From positions 1-63,371 of the forward strand of contig CANRMW010000001.1 in the NCBI GenBank assembly GCA_947631835.1: 63,371 nucleotides of DNA, read 5' to 3'. The notes below the pieces were generated by a model, which ran no database searches, had not been told where the DNA came from, and saw only the letters and a list, made by a program, of their open reading frames with translations. Both the position numbers and the translations under genes were made by a program. Source of the stretch: an uncultured Clostridia bacterium. GTDB lineage: Bacteria > Bacillota > Clostridia > Oscillospirales > Acutalibacteraceae. This document shows positions 39,453-47,734 of the stretch, piece by piece (position 1 is the stretch's first letter; every line of letters starts with the position of its first letter).

Positions 39453-40124
39453 CTAGTGGTGTCCGTAGCTGTTGAGCCGCTTCTCGCCGACGCTCTGGAG
39501 CTTTGTCAGCACCGTCGAGAAGATCAGATAGATGAAGCCGACCTCGAGGTACATCGGCAGCGCCGCGTAGGTCCGGCCGATGACCTTCTGCGTCGCCATC
39601 AGCATTTCGGCGACCGTGATGCACGAGGCGAGTGAGGTGTCCTTCACGAGGCCGATCATGGAGTTCATCAGCGAGGGGAAGGCGGTGCGCAGGGCCTGCG
39701 GCAGGACGATGCGCCGCATGATCTGCATATAGCGCATCCCGACGCAGTAGCCCGCCTCGATCTGCCCGCGCGGGACGGATTCGAGCGCGGCGCGCATGGT
39801 CTCCGCGCAGTAGGCGCCGGTGTTCAGCGCGAAGACGAGGATCGCGCTGGGGAACGGGTCGAGGATGATGCCGATGTTGGGCAGGCCGTAAAACACGACG
39901 AAGAGCTGCACAAGGATCGGCGTGCCGCGAAAGATCCAGATGTAAAACCGCAGGATGGGCCGCAGCGGGCGGATCTGCGCGTACTGCGCGAGCGCCGCCA
40001 GCGTCGCGATGACCATCGCGAGCGCGAACGAGATCACCGTCAGCGGGACGGTGTAGAGCATTCCCGCCGTCAGGACTTGCAAAAACGATTCGGAGACGAC
40101 CTCCCACGCACGTTCGAATGTCAT
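39453..40124 (-). CDS. Amino-acid ABC transporter permease
   Basis: FRGTPILVQL, AYCAE-R, VLPQALR, KDTSL. Confidence 0.95.
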   Translation of the reverse strand: MTFERAWEVVSESFLQVLTAGMLYTVPLTVISFALAMVIATLAALAQYAQIRPLRPILRFYIWIFRGTPILVQLFVVFYGLPNIGIILDPFPSAILVFALNTGAYCAETMRAALESVPRGQIEAGYCVGMRYMQIMRRIVLPQALRTAFPSLMNSMIGLVKDTSLASCITVAEMLMATQKVIGRTYAALPMYLEVGFIYLIFSTVLTKLQSVGEKRLNSYGHH

Positions 40125-40161
40125 GGCTTACTCCTTCACTTTCCTATTTCTCGGCAATTTT

Positions 40162-40499
40162 CCAACCTTTTCTGAAGAAAAGGTTGGGCCAAAAGACTTT
40201 TTGCGTCGCGTTGGTCGCGTGTGCGTGAAACGCACGACGCTTCGCCGGCGCTTTCAGTGAGCGTTCCCCCGCGTCAGAAGCCGGGTTTATGTGGGGAATT
40301 TGCTCCCGTTCACCGCGAGTCGGCGTAGGGCGAACGAAACGGGCTATGCCCGCGCGTTGGTCGCGTGTGCGTGAAACGCACGACGCTTTGCCGGTGCTTT
40401 CAGTGGGCTTTGCCCCGCGTCAGAAGCCGGGTTTATGTGGGGAATTTGCTTCCGTTCACCGCGAGCCGGCGTAGGGCAAACGAAAGCGGCTTTGCCGCC
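40162..40499. repeat. Composite repeat array A-B-B
   Basis: Module A at 40162-40204; tandem B units starting at 40207 and 40353 (period 146). Confidence 0.92.
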
Positions 40500-40507
40500 C
40501 GCCGATT

Positions 40508-40536
40508 ATTATACCACAAAAGGAACCGGAAAGCAA
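40508..40536 (-). promoter_or_regulatory. Sigma-A promoter of the amino-acid ABC operon
   Basis: TTGCTT-N17-TATAAT with TG, on the minus strand. Confidence 0.75.
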
Positions 40537-40664
40537 ATTCATTTGGGAAATGGGAAGGTATGCGCGAAAGGCATGGATCGGCTGCGGTGAAAGAAAAAAG
40601 CGGGGCGCGGGGGAGTGTTCCTCCCGCCGCGCCCGAAGGGCCGCAGCGCCTCGCCGCCGGCCGC

Positions 40665-41558
40665 TCAGTGGATGTGTTCCCGAATATACGCCGCGTCTTC
40701 CGCGATGCACTTGTCGTGCTCGTCGTAGAAGCCCTCGCGCTCCACGACCCAGAACGCCTCGAAGCTCTGCTCGTCCAGCGCGTTCTTGATCTCCTGCCAG
40801 TCCATGTTGGATTCCGGCGCGCCCATTTTGCACTGGACCGCAAACCGCTTTTTGCCCTCTTCGCTCTCGTTTCTCGCGTTGAAGCCGTCGAGGATCTTCT
40901 GCCGCTCCTCCACGGGCATCTCCTTGACGTTCGCGAACAGGCCGGCGCCGGCGTGCTGCTGCGCCGCATGGCGCGAGGCCGGGCGCGGGCCGGGGCCCTG
41001 CACCTTGCTGTTTTCCTTCACATGGATCGCGACGAAGCGGTCCTTATAGCGGCGGATGAAGCTCGGCGGATAGCAGCCGCCGTTCTGCGCCCAGCCGCAG
41101 TCGAGCTGGAAGTAGCACTTGGAGCTGTTCTCGATGACGTGTTCGAGCAGCGTCTTGCCCTCGTCCATGAAAAACTCCTGGCTGTGGTTGTGATAGCCGA
41201 CCTTGATGCCGTAGGGCGCAGCCATTTCCGCCATTTCGTCGAGCCAGTGCGCGACCTCGATGGCCTCCGCCTTGCAGTTGAACGGCGTCGAGGCGAGGAT
41301 GACGGCCTTGCCGCCGAGCGCGGCCATCTTCTGGACGATCTCTTCCGTCGGCTCCGCGTGGATGGAGACGATCTCGAGGCCGAACTCCTCCGCCCACTTT
41401 TTGATGTCCTCCACGCTGTTGTCGAGGTCTACGGGCAGGAGCTCCACGCCCGTGAACCCGAGAGACGCGATCGTCTGGAATTTCTCCCGCAGCGTCGGGC
41501 CAAGGCCGAGGTAGTTGGCGATGCCGCCGAAGGAATATGTACCGATGTTGACTTTCAT
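40665..41558 (-). CDS. Sugar-phosphate isomerase/epimerase (IolE/xylose-isomerase-like TIM barrel)
   Basis: GFTGVEL, GYHNH, LDCGW, IHVKE, VVERE. Confidence 0.85.
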   Translation of the reverse strand: MKVNIGTYSFGGIANYLGLGPTLREKFQTIASLGFTGVELLPVDLDNSVEDIKKWAEEFGLEIVSIHAEPTEEIVQKMAALGGKAVILASTPFNCKAEAIEVAHWLDEMAEMAAPYGIKVGYHNHSQEFFMDEGKTLLEHVIENSSKCYFQLDCGWAQNGGCYPPSFIRRYKDRFVAIHVKENSKVQGPGPRPASRHAAQQHAGAGLFANVKEMPVEERQKILDGFNARNESEEGKKRFAVQCKMGAPESNMDWQEIKNALDEQSFEAFWVVEREGFYDEHDKCIAEDAAYIREHIH

Positions 41559-41644
41559 GGGAACCAGTCCTTTCTGTTCTTATCCGGCACTTCGGGAGCC
41601 GAACCGTTTCTTTCCTAAAGTATACCATACCGCGCGGCGGGTTG

Positions 41645-42592
41645 TCAATTTTCGGAGAGCGCTTTCGGCACGGCGACGCTTTCCCGCGAGAGCGCGGGGG
41701 AAGGGAAACGGGCGAGAAGCTCCGAAAGAGAAGCCGGGCCCGGCTGCTCCAAAAGCCCGAGCAGCGCGCCGAGCTCCCCGAGCAGGGCTTCCGGCGTGAA
41801 CCGCGCCCGGAGCGCGCCCATGTCGAGCGCGGCGTCGCGCTTCGAGAGCCGCTGGCCCTTCCCGTTGACGAGCAGCGGCAGATGGCCGAACGCGGGCGGC
41901 GAAAGCCCCAGCGCTGCATAGAGCATGAGCTGGCACCCGGTGGAAGGCAGGAGATCCCTTCCCCGCAGCACCTCCGTCACGCCCATTTCCGCGTCGTCCA
42001 CCGTGACGGCGAGCTGGTAGGCGAAAACGCCGTCCGAGCGCCGGATCAGAAAATCCCCGAAGGTGTTTTCCACGTCCACGGAGATCTCCCCGCAGAAGCG
42101 GTCCGTAAAGCGCGTCACGCCCGGCTGCGCGCGGAAACGCAGTGCGGGGGACCGGCGCTTTTCCTTTTCGGCGCGTTCGGCGGGCGTGAGGTCCCTGCAT
42201 GTGCCGGGATAGCGGAACACGTCCCCGGCGTGCGGCGCGTCCGCCGCGTGCAGCTCGGCGCGGGTGCAGTAGCACGGGTACACCAGGCCCGCCTTTTCCA
42301 GCGCATCGAGCGCCGCGCGGTAGCGGCCGCCGCGCGCGCTTTGGAAAACGGGACCGGCGTCCCAGTCCAGCCCGAGCCAGAGCAGGTCCTCCATCAACTG
42401 CGTTGCGAAGGCGCTTTTCGAGCGGTCAGGATCGAGGTCCTCGATGCGCAGCAGCATCGTCCCGCCCTGCTTGCGGACGGAAAGCCACGCGGCGAGCGCG
42501 GTCGCGAGGTTTCCAAGGTGCATCCGCCCGCTGGGACTCGGCGCGAACCGGCCCACAACGGGCGTTTTTTTCTCCGAAGGTTTTCGATTCAT
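41645..42592 (-). CDS. gluQ: Glutamyl-Q tRNA(Asp) synthetase
   Basis: GRFAPSPSGRMHLGN, LRIEDLD, CYC, YQLAV-VDD, RGRDLL, LSKR; no anticodon-binding domain. Confidence 0.9.
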   Translation of the reverse strand: MNRKPSEKKTPVVGRFAPSPSGRMHLGNLATALAAWLSVRKQGGTMLLRIEDLDPDRSKSAFATQLMEDLLWLGLDWDAGPVFQSARGGRYRAALDALEKAGLVYPCYCTRAELHAADAPHAGDVFRYPGTCRDLTPAERAEKEKRRSPALRFRAQPGVTRFTDRFCGEISVDVENTFGDFLIRRSDGVFAYQLAVTVDDAEMGVTEVLRGRDLLPSTGCQLMLYAALGLSPPAFGHLPLLVNGKGQRLSKRDAALDMGALRARFTPEALLGELGALLGLLEQPGPASLSELLARFPSPALSRESVAVPKALSEN

Positions 42593-42677
42593 CGTCGTCT
42601 CACGGCTCCCGCCGCCCGGTCTTGGGGAACAAAACGGGGCGGCGGTTTCCCGCCGCCCCTGCCGGCAGCATTGATTC

Positions 42678-43910
42678 TCAGAAAATGTTGTCGATGGACG
42701 CTTCGCCCATGCCGAACATACCCGGCGTGAGCGGCGCGGGACGCTCGGGCTTGGAGTGGATCGCATGGACCTGGTTGTCCTTCATGGAGCGCTCCACGGC
42801 GTCGATGATCTCCACGGTGTGCAGCGCGAGGTCAGCGCTGCTGCGCGGCGCGCGCCCGCGGCGGAGCGCGTATGCCATATCGACCACCGCGAGGCCGCGC
42901 CAACTGTTGTGGCAGGGCTCGCGCTTCCCGCTCTTCGGCGGGATGGACGGATCGGTATCGCCGTAGCCGTGTGTAAACGGTACGCGGAACACCTCGTTCT
43001 GGCCGTTCTTCGCGTTGCCGACGCGCTTGAGATAGACGTCGTAGCCCCAGCCGCCGAAGTTGTTCGGATCCGGCAGAGAGAGGATGCCCTCCGTGCCGAT
43101 GATCTCCACTCTCGGCTCCTCGGGGAAGAAGGACTCGGAGTTGAAGGTGAGCGAACCGAACACGCCGTTCTCAAACTCCAGCGCGGAGAGGAAGATCGAA
43201 TCGCCGCGGCGCAGGCCGCCGATCTCGGTGCTGACCGGCTCCTTGTAGCGCGGATGGTTCGGGTTCTCATAGCAGCGCTCGTTGTAGAACTTCGTGTAGC
43301 CGGAGGCGCGCTTCACCGGACCGAGCAGGCTGACCAGCACATTGACATAGTATCCTGCCATGTCGTGCGTGATCGTGGTGCCGGCGGAACCGGCGTGGGG
43401 ATCGGCGGGGTCGCCCGCGGCGTAGTGGGAATTGTAGCCGCGGCAGCACATGGCGTGCGCGATGAGCGGACGGCCGATGGCGCCGTCGTCGATGAGCTTG
43501 CGTCCGGTCTGATACGCCGCGCCCATGTAGATGTCCGGTGCGCAGCCGACGAACAGGCCCTTGGATTTCGCGAGCTCATAGTTGGACTTCGCGCCCTCGA
43601 AGGTATCGCCCATCGCCTTTTCGGAATAGGCGTTCTTTCCGGCTTCGAGGATCATCTTCGTCACGGCGGTGTGGTTCCACAGCTGCGTGGTGTTGAGGAC
43701 GATCTCGATTTCCGGGTCGTTCAGGATCTCTTCGTTCGTCATCTGCCGAATGCCGAAAAGCTCGGCGCGGGCCTTGCTGCGTTCGGGGATCAGGTCCGAA
43801 CAGCCGACGACGTCCACGATGTGGAACCCGCCGTTGACAAGGGTGTTGAGGTAGGTGTAGCTGATGTTGCCGCTTCCGATCAAAGCGACTTTTACGGGCT
43901 TGACGGTCAT
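42678..43910 (-). CDS. Gfo/Idh/MocA family oxidoreductase
   Basis: IGSGNIS, SEKAM, CAPD, ALHTVEI; promoter TTGACT-N17-TATAAT at 43989-43961. Confidence 0.9.
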   Translation of the reverse strand: MTVKPVKVALIGSGNISYTYLNTLVNGGFHIVDVVGCSDLIPERSKARAELFGIRQMTNEEILNDPEIEIVLNTTQLWNHTAVTKMILEAGKNAYSEKAMGDTFEGAKSNYELAKSKGLFVGCAPDIYMGAAYQTGRKLIDDGAIGRPLIAHAMCCRGYNSHYAAGDPADPHAGSAGTTITHDMAGYYVNVLVSLLGPVKRASGYTKFYNERCYENPNHPRYKEPVSTEIGGLRRGDSIFLSALEFENGVFGSLTFNSESFFPEEPRVEIIGTEGILSLPDPNNFGGWGYDVYLKRVGNAKNGQNEVFRVPFTHGYGDTDPSIPPKSGKREPCHNSWRGLAVVDMAYALRRGRAPRSSADLALHTVEIIDAVERSMKDNQVHAIHSKPERPAPLTPGMFGMGEASIDNIF

Positions 43911-44128
43911 GATATACTCCTCCTGTTTCCGAACCATATCGAGATGGTCCTTTTTCTTCGATTATAGACCCCATTTCCAGGAAAGTCAATCCAAAAATCA
44001 AAATTTGGAATAAATTTTTTTCTTCTCAAACAAAAGAAATTGGTCTTGCTGTCGGAAACAAATTGTGCTATACTGAAAACAGATTATGCGGCCGGAAAAC
44101 GAACCGGCCGAAAGGGAGGATGACGATC

Positions 44129-44965
44129 ATGTTTCAATCCGTCAATTTTGGGATCATCAACGTGCGCGAGCCGGACTTCGAGCAGAAGCTGCTGCTCGCG
44201 AAGCGCCATGGGTTCCGGTACATCGAGACCGGCGCGGACGAGGTGATGCGCGTCGGCGTGGACACGGTGAACGCGCTGCTGGAAAAGCACGGCATGGCGA
44301 TCTCCGGGGCGAACCTGCCGTTCCACCCCATCACCTGTTCGCAGGAGGAATTTGAGGCGAAGCTCGAAAAGCTCCCGGAGCAGGCGGCCGCCCTGAGCGC
44401 CGTGGGATGCCGGCGGTGCATCATTTGGATCTTCCCGGCGAGCGACACGCTGCCGATGGAGGAAAACTACGCGCTGCACAAGGCGCGCCTTTCCGCCTGC
44501 GCGAAGGTCCTCGCGGCGCACGGGATGCGGCTGGGGCTGGAATGGATCGGCACGCCGCTCGCGCGAAACGGGAAGAAGTATGTGTTCCTGTATACGGCGG
44601 AGGAGATGCTCCGCCTCGCGAAGGACTGCGGCGACAATGTCGGGCTGCTTTTCGACGCGTTCCATTGGTACACGAGCGCCCACAACAAGGACGTGTTCGA
44701 CCACATCCCGAGCGCGGACTGCATCGTCAGTGTGCATGTGAACGACGCGCCGGACGGCGAGCGCACCGCTCTGCCGGATTCCCCGCGCGCGCTGCCCGGG
44801 GAGACCGGGAACATCGACATCGCCTGCGTGATGAGCGGGCTGAGAAAGCTCGGATATGACGGGCCTGTCGTCGCGGAGCCGTTCAGCCCGAAGCTCGCGG
44901 AGATGGAGTCCGACGACGAGCGCACCGCGTGCATCAAATCGTGTCTTGACCGCATCATGGCCTGA
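44129..44965 (+). CDS. Sugar-phosphate isomerase/epimerase family protein
   Basis: LGLEWIG, DAFHW, VHVND, LPGETGNID, AEPF; promoter TTGCTG(44046)-N17-TATACT(44069). Confidence 0.85.
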   Translation: MFQSVNFGIINVREPDFEQKLLLAKRHGFRYIETGADEVMRVGVDTVNALLEKHGMAISGANLPFHPITCSQEEFEAKLEKLPEQAAALSAVGCRRCIIWIFPASDTLPMEENYALHKARLSACAKVLAAHGMRLGLEWIGTPLARNGKKYVFLYTAEEMLRLAKDCGDNVGLLFDAFHWYTSAHNKDVFDHIPSADCIVSVHVNDAPDGERTALPDSPRALPGETGNIDIACVMSGLRKLGYDGPVVAEPFSPKLAEMESDDERTACIKSCLDRIMA

Positions 44966-45031
44966 CGCGCGCAAAAAAATCGAAAAACCACTTGCTTTTT
45001 CCGGGGACCTCGTGTATAATAGGAGTGTTCT

Positions 45032-45109
45032 CCGGGTGTAGCGCAGTTTTGGTAGCGCGCTTGAATGGGGTTCAAGAGGCCGCAGGTTCGACTCCTGTCA
45101 CTCGGACCA
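45032..45109 (+). tRNA. tRNA-Pro(GGG)
   Basis: Cloverleaf CCGGGTG/CACTCGG, anticodon loop ATGGGGT, GTTCGA T-loop, CCA end; promoter TTGCTT(44992)-N17-TATAAT(45015). Confidence 0.96.
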
Positions 45110-45112
45110 AAG

Positions 45113-45150
45113 AAAAAGTCTCGAAAACGGCGAGTTTTCGGGACTTTTTT
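45113..45150. terminator. Terminator after tRNA-Pro
   Basis: AAAAAGTCTCGAAAAC/GTTTTCGGGACTTTTT. Confidence 0.75.
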
Positions 45151-45245
45151 TCATTTTCTCGGAGTGGTCGCGCAAAATCAAAAAACTGCGCAACAATCGC
45201 TCTCCGGGGCGTGCTATTGCAAATCTATTACTAACGCCCATTCGC

Positions 45246-45670
45246 TCAAATTGCGTCTGTGATCCGGCGCAAATCCTCGAAGGAAACGTCCTGATAATGG
45301 CGCAGCATCTCGGCGCTGGTGTGTCCCATGAGCTCGAGCTTGTTGCGGTCCGCGTCCTGCACGCGCTTCATCAGCGTTGCGAAAGCGTGGCGGCAACTGT
45401 GCAGAGTGTATTTTTACCGCTCAACCCTGCCACCCTCTGTGACGAGGTTGTCGGTGCCGCATTCCTCGAGCGCGGCGTAAAACAGATCGCGGTACGCGGA
45501 GAGGGCCAGCGGGCGGCCATCCGGCGCGCAGAACACCGGCCCGGTGATTAGGTTCTCCACGAGCTGATCAATGATCGGCTGGATTTTGGGGGAGACGGCG
45601 ACGAGGCGGCTTTTCCCGGCGTCGGTTTTTTCGCCGCCAACGAATGCGCGCTCTTTCCCGCCCTGTAGAT
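45246..45670 (-). pseudogene. Tyrosine recombinase/integrase C-terminal remnant
   Basis: KTDAG...R*KYTLHSCRHAFAT...LMGHT...HY; in-frame TAA at 45416-45414; N-terminal half missing. Confidence 0.88.
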
Positions 45671-45704
45671 CCAAGCGTGCAGGCATACACAATGTTTTAG
45701 AACA

Positions 45705-45750
45705 AAAGCCGCCGCCTCAGAGGTTTCTCTAAGGCGACGGGTTTTCTGTT
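45705..45750. terminator. Bidirectional terminator downstream of tmRNA
   Basis: AAAAGCCGCCGCCTCAGAG/CTCTAAGGCGACGGGTTTT imperfect hairpin. Confidence 0.6.
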
Positions 45751-45818
45751 TGGGTTCAGAGCGACACCTTCACGGCGAATCCGCCGCCGAAATAATAGGT
45801 GTTCGTCTGAGTACCGTT

Positions 45819-46166
45819 TGGTGGAGATGGCGGGAGTCGAACCCGCGTCCGAAGATCAGTCACCAAGGCTTTCTACGCGTGTAGCCGTCCTATGAAGATT
45901 CCCTCAGCACGGCGCCGAACGGCGGGCACCGTACCTTGGTAGCCTTTGATGCATGGCGGGGGTAAAGGCGTAGCCCCGCGCACGTTCACCGCTCATCGAC
46001 GCTTCTATCCCGCCCGCGGTACTGCGGGTAGAAACGGCTGCTTATTTAAGCAGCAACAGCAACAAAATCGTTGTCGTTTACTTTTAAGGTTGCGGATTAT
46101 TGAGCGGTCCCGCCCCGCTACGCGCTTACCGAGACTTCCGGTCCCCGTCGAAACCATTTCATCCCC
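45819..46166 (-). ncRNA. ssrA: tmRNA; tag peptide (A)DNDFVAVAA*
   Basis: 5' GGGGATGAAATGGTTTCGAC, 3' GGTTCGACTCCCGCCATCTCCACCA, internal tag ending GCTGCTTAA; downstream of smpB. Confidence 0.96.
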
Positions 46167-46200
46167 TTATCTTTTGCATTCTCTTTCGCAGTGCCCCGCG

Positions 46201-46668
46201 CTATCCGCGGTTCCTTTCCTTGAGCGCGCGGTCCATGTCGCGCTTCGCGTCGCGCTCGGCCATGTCCGCCCGCTTGTCATAGAGCTTTTTGCCCCTGCAC
46301 AGGCCCACCTGCACCTTGACCCGCGCGCCTTTGAAATAGAGAGAGAGAGGGATCAGCGAATAGCCCGCGACTTTGGAAAGCCCGAACAGCCGGTTGATCT
46401 CCTTCTTGTGCATCAGGAGCCGCCGCACGCGCAGCGGGTCCCGGTTGAAGATATTGCCCTGTTCATAGGCGCTGATGTGGCAGCCGTTCAGGAGCATTTC
46501 CCCGTTTACCACGGAGCACCACGCGTCCTTCAGGTTGCAGCGCCCCGCGCGGAGCGATTTCACCTCCGTGCCGAACAGTTCGATGCCGGCCTCGAGCGTT
46601 TCCTCGACAAAGTAGTCGTGGTAAGCCTTTTTGTTCTGCGCAATGGTCCTTGTGGTGCTCTGTGCCAA
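46201..46668 (-). CDS. smpB: SsrA-binding protein
   Basis: [37 protein letters not shown]; promoter TTGACA-N17-TATACT at 46729-46701. Confidence 0.97.
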   Translation of the reverse strand: MAQSTTRTIAQNKKAYHDYFVEETLEAGIELFGTEVKSLRAGRCNLKDAWCSVVNGEMLLNGCHISAYEQGNIFNRDPLRVRRLLMHKKEINRLFGLSKVAGYSLIPLSLYFKGARVKVQVGLCRGKKLYDKRADMAERDAKRDMDRALKERNRG

Positions 46669-46751
46669 AAGGCTCGCCTCGCTTTCTCACTGGAATACAA
46701 AGTATACAACAGATGCTCCGCTTTGTCAACGGGAAACTTCCCGGCCGCGCT

Positions 46752-47354
46752 TTAAAGCTCCTGCCGGCCCTCTATGGCGCGGGTCAGCGTCACCTCGTCG
46801 GCGTATTCGAGATCGCCGCCGACAGGGATCCCGTATGCGAGCCGCGTGACCTTCACCCCGATGGGCTTGAGCAGCCGGGAGAGATACATGGCGGTCGCCT
46901 CCCCCTCCACGGTGGGATTGGTCGCCATGATGACCTCAGACACCGAACCGTCCCGTACCCGGAGCAGCAGCTCCCGGATGCGGAGCTGGTCCGGGCCGAT
47001 GCCGGAAAGCGGGGAGATCGCCCCGTGGAGCACATGATACAGCCCGTGGTACTCGTTTGTGCGCTCGAAGGCAAAGACGTCTCTGGGGTCCTCCACGACG
47101 CAGATGACGGAGCGGTCCCGGCTCTCGTCCCGGCAAATGGGGCAGAGGTCGCCGTCGGTCAGGTTGCAGCAGACCGAGCAGTAGTGGATGCTCTCGTGCG
47201 CTTCGGTGACGGCCGAGGCGAACTTTGCGGCCTCCTCCGAGGAAAGCCCCAGAATGTGGTAAGCCAGCCGCTGGGCGGTCTTGTGGCCGATCCCCGGGAG
47301 GCTCTCCAGCGCGTCCACCAGCCGTTCAAGAGGGGGAACGTGATATCCGGCCAT
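46752..47354 (-). CDS. recR: Recombination mediator RecR
   Basis: [13 protein letters not shown]4 zinc finger, [12 protein letters not shown]. Confidence 0.97.
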   Translation of the reverse strand: MAGYHVPPLERLVDALESLPGIGHKTAQRLAYHILGLSSEEAAKFASAVTEAHESIHYCSVCCNLTDGDLCPICRDESRDRSVICVVEDPRDVFAFERTNEYHGLYHVLHGAISPLSGIGPDQLRIRELLLRVRDGSVSEVIMATNPTVEGEATAMYLSRLLKPIGVKVTRLAYGIPVGGDLEYADEVTLTRAIEGRQEL

Positions 47355-47704
47355 CAGAACATCCCCGGAATGTTCACGCCTCCGGAAAGGGCGCCGATCT
47401 TCTCCTCGCGTTCCGTGGAAGCGGCGCGAAGCGCTTCGTTGACGGCGGCGGTCACGAGATCGCCGAGCATTTCCGCGTCGTCCGGGTCGATGACCTCCGG
47501 CTGGATCTCCACGGACTTGACCTCCATTTTGCCGGTGACCGTCGCCTTGACCGCGCCGCCGCCGGAGGAAGCGGTGTACTCCTTCTCCTCCAGCTCCGCC
47601 GTGATCTCAGCCATCTTTTCCTGCATTTTCTGCGCCTGGCGGGCGAGCTGCTGCAAATTCGCGGCGCCGCCGCCTCCCATGCCCTGCGGTAAACGTGCTT
47701 TCAT
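47354..47704 (-). CDS. ybaB: YbaB/EbfC nucleoid-associated protein
   Basis: [22 protein letters not shown]; dnaX-ybaB-recR synteny. Confidence 0.93.
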   Translation of the reverse strand: MKARLPQGMGGGGAANLQQLARQAQKMQEKMAEITAELEEKEYTASSGGGAVKATVTGKMEVKSVEIQPEVIDPDDAEMLGDLVTAAVNEALRAASTEREEKIGALSGGVNIPGMF

Positions 47705-47734
47705 AACAATAAGCTCCTTATCCGAGTGATTTAA

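Noticed and set aside
40162-40499. CRISPR array or T-box/S-box riboswitch in the ABC operon leader
   Set aside because: Units are 146 bp with no unique spacers and there are no cas genes; no T-box GGTGGNACC or S-box core on the transcribed strand
45946-46755. ORFs overlapping tmRNA and the tRNAs, including a poly-Q stretch
   Set aside because: Explained by the RNA genes; the Q run is the antisense of the tmRNA tag codons
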